NCBI RefSeq assembly: GCF_006345805.1
Contig: NC_043000.1
Coordinates: 142,290,001 to 142,354,000, forward strand
DNA from: Octopus sinensis
Taxonomy: Eukaryota
Length of the DNA: 64,000 bases
Reading direction: 5' to 3'
Of this stretch, positions 55,600-64,000 are shown piece by piece. A program made the translations under genes and the position numbers. Position 1 is the first letter of the stretch, and the number at the start of each line of letters is the position of its first letter. The notes beneath the pieces are model-generated. The model saw only the letters and a program-made list of their open reading frames with translations. It did no database searches and was not told where the DNA came from.

Positions 55600-56200
55600 T
55601 ATTCCTCAGAAGCCTATACAAAGCTTTCAAAATATTTTCATCGTTATCGACGCAATCAAATATAACTTGTGCAACTGAAACCCGAGTGTCTTTTCGGTCT
55701 GCTGAAAGCAGTTTTGACACAAACTTGGCAGACACGCGTCTCATACCTAAATCTTCAGTGATAATGGATTGCACTGAACCGTAACTAATCTGCGCATCCT
55801 CTGATAATTCACAGATGGTGTTTCAACGATTTCCCCTCACAGCTGCATGCACATCTGCGATGTTTCACTCAGTTCTGCTGTTTGCAGGTCTCCCAGAATG
55901 TTTGTCACTATCTACATTTTTTTGGCCATCTTGGAAACATCTGAACCACTCGTAAAACTGTGTGCGACTCATACACTTCCCTCCATAGACTTTCTGCCAT
56001 TTTGCGTAGGCCTCTGAGCAGGTATCACCATTATAACTTTTTTCTGTCATTGCCAGTGCAACGATCACACGTTAGACACGTTATTTCGAAGCGCTGCTGT
56101 AAACAGGGGAAGTGAGCTAGAACGTTACTATTTCTAGGAGTCGACTTTTCACGGCGGAAGATAGACACAAGTAGCTTGAAATCGTTCGGACTCATGACCC
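55600..56200 (-). mobile_element. Mariner-type transposase relic (N-terminal HTH)
   Basis: MSRTQFYEWFRCFQDGQKNVDSDKHSGRP and SIITEDLGMRRVSAKFVSKLLS; catalytic half missing. Confidence 0.88.
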
Positions 56201-56415
56201 CTTCGTCTGCTGGAGTACGTTAAGAGTTCGCTCCCCTGCTTGCAATATAAACGGCAGTAACGTCGAACAGCCATATTGATATGGCAATGAATATTACTTC
56301 CTAGTATAGTAACTACTTTGATCTCTTATTGAGATTTCTCGGAGTAGGTTCTTTGCTTATTACAGACTGATTGTTGCTTATTTTTCTGCATATTGCGAGT
56401 CCCTAATATTTCTAG

Positions 56416-56775
56416 CAGAAAGAAGCCCGTCGTATATACATGTGGGTATTTGAGCGTGCGTGCCTGTGTGTGTATGTGAGTGTGAGCGTGTGTATGTGAG
56501 TGCGTGTGCGTATGAGTTGTGTGTGTGCGTGTGCGTGTGCGTGTTATCTACGTGTATTTGTTTTTGTCCCCACCACCGCCTGACAACCGGTGTTGGTGCG
56601 TTTACGTCCCTGTTACTTAGCGGTTTTGCAATAACGTCCGATACAATCAATACTAGGCTTTAAAAATATAAAGATAATATCTGGGATTAATTCAGTTTCT
56701 TTGACAAAAAGCCTTCGAGGCGGTTCCCTACCATAGCCGCAGTTAAATGACTGAAACATGTTACAGATAAAAGAT
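56416..56775 (+). mobile_element. 5'-truncated SINE family A
   Basis: Starts at gaaagaagcccgtcgtata; TG tract; tail ..gcagttaaatgactgaaac. Confidence 0.85.
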
Positions 56776-58894
56776 TTCCGATCTACAGCCACCTCACGTT
56801 ACAGGATTATTGTTGCCTTCCAGAAATTATAAAGAATGAGTCCCAATTTTTGGATTTTGGCTGTAATTTTACTCTTAGAGAAATTCGGAAACCAAACTAA
56901 GAACCTAAAAACTACACTGTCTTCTGAAGTAGAATCGGGTTTCTTTCTGTTTTAGCTAAGATCAAAGTAGTTCACAAGTACATAACATGAAAATGTATAA
57001 CCACTAAACAAACACACAGTCTCTCTCCCTCTTTCACACACACATTGTCAGCAGGACCACGCTTTCATTCAACAAGTGTAAATGCAATGAATAATGTATG
57101 TCAAGTTTCTTAAGTCAATGTGCACTGTCTGTAACTGTAAATAAATTGTAAAGTTGTTATATGAAAGAGTTTTTTCAAGTGAATTCGAGCATAGAAATCT
57201 AGATGGACTGAAGTGAAACGAAACACAGAACATAGATCCTTGATTCAACAATTCTCTTGAAAAATGTCCACGCCGCTCACATTTGTGGTTGTTGCATTGC
57301 TGTTGTTGTTGGATGTCATAGTTGCACTTAAATTGTCTATCTACAATCGTTGATGTTGTAAAGGTTAGGTTTCTTTTCTCTCTGAAGCTAAGTTTCATGC
57401 ATTACTATTATTATATGTCCGGATTGTTCGTTCTTCATACCTGTAGAGACGTGTATGTTGCCCTCTGCAATCGTAAACAGAGAATAAATGTAGATTACTG
57501 CTTTGTTTAAATTTTCAAATATGCAATAACGTACAGTAATATAGACTGGCTTGAAATAAAGGTGAGCTCATGTACTTGTCTATCAAAACATATTGAAAGC
57601 AGTTGATATTAATCATGTTTAATTAGAAATTGAGTTGCTCATGGGTTAAGGAATGTTTTATCGGAGTCGGTATGATCGACTATATCCCTTCCACAACGTT
57701 TCAGACCTTGTGTCTATTTCAGAAAAGATTTCTCATGCTCTTTACAGCTGTTTATAATCCTTATGGTGTATCAATTCAAGTTGGAAGTAATTAGTTTACA
57801 CTGGGCTTGTACTAATGAAGAAAATAAATAATCGCAACTTGAAAGTCATTATGGAAATTAAACTAATTAAAAGAAAACTACACGTACTTACATAAACGAA
57901 TGGTTACGCTGAAAATTGTTGCTTGGAATTTCTACTTTGCTGATATGTTGTTTAAAGGTTATGTTGTATTCTCATAGTTTATGAATTTTTCTTATGGTCT
58001 ATTTGATAGAAGTATAGTATTCCAAAGGAGACTGTTTCGCATGAATTTCTTATTTGTATATAGACATTTTCCTCGAAGTACATATATGTGTTCCACATTT
58101 AAGTTGAAAAGAAAGGGGTTGCTATTCCTAGCAGTTAGAGAAGCACCCACGCTTGTGAATTTTCTGATATCTATGAGTCTTTGACACATTAGGTGAAAAG
58201 AAATTGCTATTTTCAGTGAATCAAATAGTGCATATTTGAGCGAATCTTGTGATATTTTGTACAGTAGTTGAAAAGAAAAGTCTACGCTTTCAAGTTGATT
58301 GAGAAATGCAGGCAGCTGTGTATATATGTGTGTGCGTATGCATGTTTGTATGTATTTAGCGCATATTTCGAAAGAGAGTTTCATCTATATCTAGCCGATC
58401 GAGGGATGCTTCTGAAGGGCACATGAATGCGGAACAAAACTCCAAGTGGTAAATGATATACTGAAACGTAACGAAGACGTAGAGAAATATTTTACAGCAT
58501 AGATGTTTAGCAATATGACGGTTATAAGATTTAATGGAAATATGAAACTGATTGCTGTATGTAGTGTTTAACTTTACACCAGATCAATATAAAGCAGCAA
58601 ATGGGAAATATCAAAATACTGTTAATTTCGCATACATTAGCTTGCTTTCTTCCAAGGAATCTAGTGCTCTTAGCTTAAATTTTCTTGGGGCCTGACTGAT
58701 CGGAGCAGTCTCAAGTGTAACCGGCCGAAACTGCTAAGATAATCGTGTACTGGGCTGGGGATAGGAAGCTCCGAATGTTCCCGTCCTTGTTTTTTCCTGT
58801 CCTTTTTCGTATCATCTAACTGTCGGGATGTTTTATTGTCACATGTTACGTTCTTCTTCCATCCTTTGTCTTGTTATATATATATATATATACT

Positions 58895-59145
58895 ATTTTA
58901 CTTGTTTCAGTCATTTGACTGTGGCCATGCTGGAGCACCACCTTTAGTCAAGCAAATCGATCCCAGGACTTATTCTTTGTAAGTCTACTACTTATTCTAT
59001 CGTTCGCTTTTGCCGGACCGCTAGGTTACGGTGACGTAAACACACCAGCATCGGTTGTCAAGCGATGTTGGTAGGGGGGAACAAACACAGTAACACAAGC
59101 ATATACACGCACGTACATATGTATATGTATATTTATATATATATA

Positions 59146-59190
<45 letters not shown>

Positions 59191-59356
59191 TACGACGGGC
59201 TTCTTTCACTTTCTGTCTACCAAATCCACTCTTAAGACTTTGGTCGAGCCGAGGCTACAGTAGAAGACACTTGCCCAAGGTGCCACGCAGTGGAACTGAA
59301 TCCGGAACCATGTGGTTCGGAAACAAGCTACTTACCACACAGCCACTCTTACGCCA
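58895..59356 (-). mobile_element. SINE family A, full length
   Basis: Reverse complement matches head, CORE-like ccttgggcaagtgtcttc, internal TA tract and tail. Confidence 0.94.
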
Positions 59357-59366
59357 CACCTATATA

Positions 59367-59398
<32 letters not shown>

Positions 59399-59956
59399 CA
59401 ATACATATATGGATATATAAGCATACAAATATAGATGTATACATACACATGCACACACGTATATGCACCTAAGTATATCTCGGCAAACAATAGATCTTTA
59501 CTCGTATGGGCTGTTGCGCCCAAATAATTATTGTAGTATTAAACACCATGAAATTTCATTGGTAGGCGGTGCTAATAAGTTGCTAATGATCTGGGACACT
59601 CCTTGTTAAGAAACTATATACCAGATATTATAACATAAATTAATATATTATGATATATTAAATACATTATAATATAGGTGTTTATAGCAATTGAAAACCA
59701 AAAAGTTATAATGCATAGATAAGCGTGCAAGATGGCTAGGAATAGGGGCTAAAAATAGACCTCGAATGGCCACACATAATCACCAACCTCATGAGATGTT
59801 CAGGGACTGCGAGCAGCAAGACACATCTACCTCCAACGTGATAAAACTCACAGAATGAAGTAGTTTGATAATACATACACGTATATACATACATACATAC
59901 ATACATACACACGTACATGTATACCTATGTAGGTATGTATGTATGTACGTATCTAT

Positions 59957-60141
59957 AGGCGTAAGAATGGCTGTGTGGGAAGTAGCTTGTTTACGAATCA
60001 CATCGTTCAGGGTTCAGTCCCACTACGTGGCACCTTGGGCAAGTGTCTTCTACTATAGCATCGAGTTGACCAAAGCCTTGTGAGTGTATTTGGTAGACGG
60101 AAACTGAAAGAAGCTCGTCGTATATGTGTATATATATATAC

Positions 60142-60196
<55 letters not shown>

Positions 60197-60416
60197 TGTG
60201 TCTGTGTTTGTGCCCCCAACATCGATTAACAACCGATGCTGGTGTGTTTACGTCACCGTAATCTTGCGGTTCGGCAAAAGCAACTGATAAAATAAGTACT
60301 AGGCTTGTAAAGAATAAGTCCTGGGGTCTATTTGCTCGACTAAAAGGTGGTGCTCCAGCATGGCCACAGTCAAATCTCTGAAACAAGTAAAATAGTAAAA
60401 TAGTAAATAGTAAATT
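59957..60416 (+). mobile_element. SINE family A, full length
   Basis: Same structure; tail repeats gtaaaata. Confidence 0.94.
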
Positions 60417-61393
60417 GTATGTATTAGAATTTTTGGTATTTATTAAAACTTATTATCAATATCAAATACGCTATATTGAAGATCACCTGTTTGTGCTTTT
60501 GAGTTTGTTTACACAAGCACGCACACGCCAACTCACAGAAACATACACACAAATACTTGCATATATACTTGTATTCATGAATACAAACATATGCACATAC
60601 CTACATCTAGGTCCTGACAATAAGAACATATTGTGAAATTGTTCCGTATTGTGTATCTTAGTTCTGCAATTGGAAAAACAGGAAATTACATGCAGACAAG
60701 GAGCATTACTGTTATGTCACGGTATAGATGAATCAGGAAATCAATCAATATGTCAGAGTTAATCCGGAAAGAATAAAGCCGTGTCTTTTGGTTAGAATTG
60801 GACATACATTCATTTCACTCTGCACTTTTGATACTTTCCGCGCGAGATATATCCGATGGCTGCTGGACATAATGCAGTCTGAAAACTCTCCCTTAATAAT
60901 AATTCTCTTTATCCCTCCCTACATCACTCTTTATATATACACACATTACATTTAAACATACATACACATATATTTATTTATATATTTATTAGAAACTGTA
61001 AAATATTGGTTGGCATACAAATTGCGTGTATTTTAGATTATTCGTAGTAAGAAAAGAAGTGAAATATGCTTTGGTATAAAAACAAACGGATAACATCCCA
61101 AAATAAATGGACAACTTGTTTCATCTGATACAAACAACAAAGAACATTTAATATGACTCAATTTGTAGGATATCAGAATGAACAGAACGAAGGACAATGC
61201 CGAACAGATACCAATAATTTGATTCAAATATATTCTGGGTAAATTATTGTTGTTTTTAAGAACATTAGTATCTGCATGTACCAGGATGGATTTGTAAAGA
61301 GAAAGACTGAGTGACTAATTATATTAAATACTCTCTCCAAAATGTCTCTTAATAAATTTATTAATCTATCTATCTCTCTATCTATATATATAT

Positions 61394-61701
<308 letters not shown>

Positions 61702-61823
61702 ATCTTTCGCTTTCTCTCTCCCTATATATATATTTTCACTTAAATCCTTAGAACTTACAATTACATATATACATCTACACATATACATGCACAAACGTGC
61801 ACGCACGTAATAACACATACACA

Positions 61824-61878
<55 letters not shown>

Positions 61879-61880
<2 letters not shown>

Positions 61881-62085
61881 GCCATAATAGATTGCTAGCC
61901 GCTACACATTCTTTATTTTGTCTCCTTGTTCCTTTCTGTTTTCCTTTTTGTGGAAGAGCGTAGGCTCGAAAAGTTAAAGAACTTTTCACTTCCCGAGCGT
62001 TAAACTAATACATCTGTTTGTTTTCTACAGCACCTGTATTCGTCTTTTGTTTTATTTGTTTGTTTGTTTCTTTTTATTCTCCCTA
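61879..62085 (+). mobile_element. HHR-2 family copy
   Basis: cttt-ttgtgga-a-gagc-gtag-gctc-gaaa-ag-tt-aaag at 61944-61979, then ttcccgagcg; (TA)n flanks. Confidence 0.8.
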
Positions 62086-62096
62086 TATATATATAT

Positions 62097-62280
62097 ATCA
62101 GTCATCGAAATTTTTGTTTGTCTTGTTGTCGAGAGAGGCTTCCTTTCTTTCCTGATGAGAAGATTGCATAATGTACCCTTTATTCCTTTGGAATGAAAAC
62201 ATTTTGTCTTCGAAACATATGTCGAGAGTAAAGGAATTTTGTTAACATCTTCGTTCGACTCCATTCTTTCATTTATTCAT
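62097..62280 (+). mobile_element. HHR-1 family element (5'-truncated)
   Basis: Collinear with about 52472-52655. Confidence 0.85.
62140..62236 (+). ncRNA. Type I hammerhead ribozyme, canonical core
   Basis: Stem I ttcctttctttc/gagag(t)aaaggaa (12 bp with one bulge); CTGATGA 62152-62158; stem II gaagat/gtcttc; GAAA 62212-62215; palindromic stem III ACATATGT; GUC 62221-62223. Confidence 0.88.
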
Positions 62281-62281
62281 A

Positions 62282-62427
62282 TACAACACACACATTTCTG
62301 CACATGAACCCGGAGTTTCTACTCTTGGACAGGTCGCTTCAACCGTGTTTCTGACGTGAATTTGCTACACAGGTTTCGGTTAAACGAATTTTCCATGCTG
62401 ACGATAAACATAGGATAATTCGTTCAC

Positions 62428-62430
<3 letters not shown>
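62282..62430 (-). mobile_element. Inverted fragment related to the HHR-1 element 5' end
   Basis: Reverse complement taggtgaacgaattatccta..agcatggaaaattcgtttaaccga matches 52411-52452. Confidence 0.7.
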
Positions 62431-62476
<46 letters not shown>

Positions 62477-62569
62477 TGGAGTGCATATGGTATTTAAGGA
62501 CAAATTTGGTTCTTAGGAAAACATACATATAATAAAATAAACTTTATTAATGAAAAAAACAAAGATTGT

Positions 62570-63120
62570 ACTCCTTTGGAACGTATTGGCGAAGCATCAC
62601 ATGTTTCTTAGTGAAGACTCCAGAAGCTATGACAGTTGCAGGCCATTTTGTGTGCATGATTGTTGTAATTTCAGACGCGTCTAAACATGACCATTTGTCA
62701 ATTCTTACTCTTTATCTTGTGGTCCTGGTCAACCTTTTCTTGTCTGAGGGAAACAAATCATGTCATATTCTTTGGGATTTTAACTTTTTTTAATAGCCCT
62801 TTAATTCTGATTTTAAAAAAAATTGTCTATTCTGATATGAACTCAACTCATCACGTTAGATTTGTACCGGATGTTTTCGTCAATAATATTTCTGATTGCT
62901 CCTTCTGAAACATAGAGATCTTTTTGCAAGTGACATCATAGATTTTCTCAGATTTCTGTCAATGATTCTTTGAACGTGTTGAATAAATTCAGCTGTTCTT
63001 ATGGTATCAGACCTTTGGCAAGGATTTTGCTTTTTATATTCTAGTGAAACCTTGGCAGAAGAAACTCCTTACTTCTTGCGAACTTTTTAGACGAAAAAAC
63101 TGATGAATTCTAAAATTGAA
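62570..63120 (-). mobile_element. Tc1/mariner (maT/DD37D-like) transposase relic
   Basis: IRTAEFIQHVQRIIDRN.RKSM, DLYVSEGAIRNIIDENIRYKS, DQDHKI, IMHTKWPATVIASGV..KKHVM. Confidence 0.82.
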
Positions 63121-63436
63121 CATTTTGAGGAACTGTTGCTTGCAGATGGGATTATAGCACTCCTACATCCGTGAGCATACGACTCATATTGGCGATGGAT
63201 ATCTTCCTTTGGTTTGCGGTGCGCTTCCTGCTATACTGGACCAAAAATTTTAGGATTGTCCGATGCCCAGTCGAGAAGGGGGGGGGGGCACCACGGCAAC
63301 TATGGAAGCTGTGGACATGATCCCGGTGGAAGCTAACTGCTGATGTAATAACCTCATGCATGGGCATTGCTGGAATTTTGCATAGGCAATGGTCAATAAT
63401 CCTCTTCCTCAGTTACGAATAGACTTTCATCATATA

Positions 63437-63479
<43 letters not shown>

Positions 63480-63486
63480 TTTTGTA

Positions 63487-63808
63487 GGTTACGTGGCTTA
63501 TTTGACTGAGTAATCGGCTTACAATCGTAAGCTCGTGAGTTCGATTCCCGGCGGCGTTGCGTTGTTATCTTGACCAATATACTTTAGTTTTCGTTACTGT
63601 AGCACATAGGGCTGGCAAAAATGAGTTGTAAGTGAGATTCAAACGGCCAACCTAGTTACTCTCGATATCCCGCTGCATCTCCCCGAGATCTACCTTAAAG
63701 GTAGGCGCATCTGTCGAGTGTCCACCCACATTCACGTTAATTTCATGAGCAGGTGGTTCTGTTGATCGTATGAACTTGAACTCACGTCGTCGAAACCGAC
63801 GGACATCC
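63487..63808 (+). mobile_element. Diverged tRNA-derived SINE
   Basis: B box gttcgattcc at 63539; cttacaatcgtaag head similar to family D; gctggcaaaaatgagt block. Confidence 0.75.
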
Positions 63809-64000
63809 GGATTATTTATATATATGCTTTTATATCTATGTTTTATTTTTTTTATCTGTACGTATATGTCTACGCATAAAAGGGCTGGCCTACATTACAG
63901 TCACTCCATCAAGTTTTCTTATATTCGATACGATTGTCTTTTATTACCAATCATCACTTGCAGAAACTTTTGTAATGTCTTTTATTAAATTTATTCTGGT

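Noticed and set aside
57992-58384. 130-aa minus-strand ORF
   Set aside because: No recognisable motif, begins in a TA/CA tract, no convincing splice context.

Overview
AT-rich eukaryotic non-coding DNA packed with microsatellites and transposon relics. The SINE families and repeat landscape look like an Octopus (cephalopod) genome; that assignment is recognition, not a database result. No intact protein-coding gene could be supported, and almost every ORF in the track is a microsatellite or TE artefact. Supported content: (1) five R4/Dong-type RLE LINE pieces, including a 2.4 kb 5'-truncated copy with RT, CCHC knuckle and PD..D nuclease inserted in (AAT)n; (2) a CR1-clade LINE relic; (3) hAT (Buster-like), Tc1 and two mariner-type transposase relics; (4) more than a dozen tRNA-derived SINEs of at least four families, some with clear TSDs; (5) two foldback elements; (6) a 5'-truncated tRNA-Glu(TTC). 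The main discovery is two families of short non-coding elements that carry type I hammerhead ribozyme motifs and sit in or beside (TA)n tracts. Family HHR-1 (52.4-52.7 kb, 62.1-62.3 kb) has an intact CUGAUGA/GAAA/GUC core with long stems. Family HHR-2 (five copies) has a minimal variant core with covarying stem I, and one copy is a 457-nt unit plus an identical 85-nt terminal repeat. Together they resemble non-autonomous Penelope-derived or retrozyme-like elements. Weak hints of host exons exist (a 15-nt microexon candidate and a decayed Myb/SANT-like segment) but are unproven.
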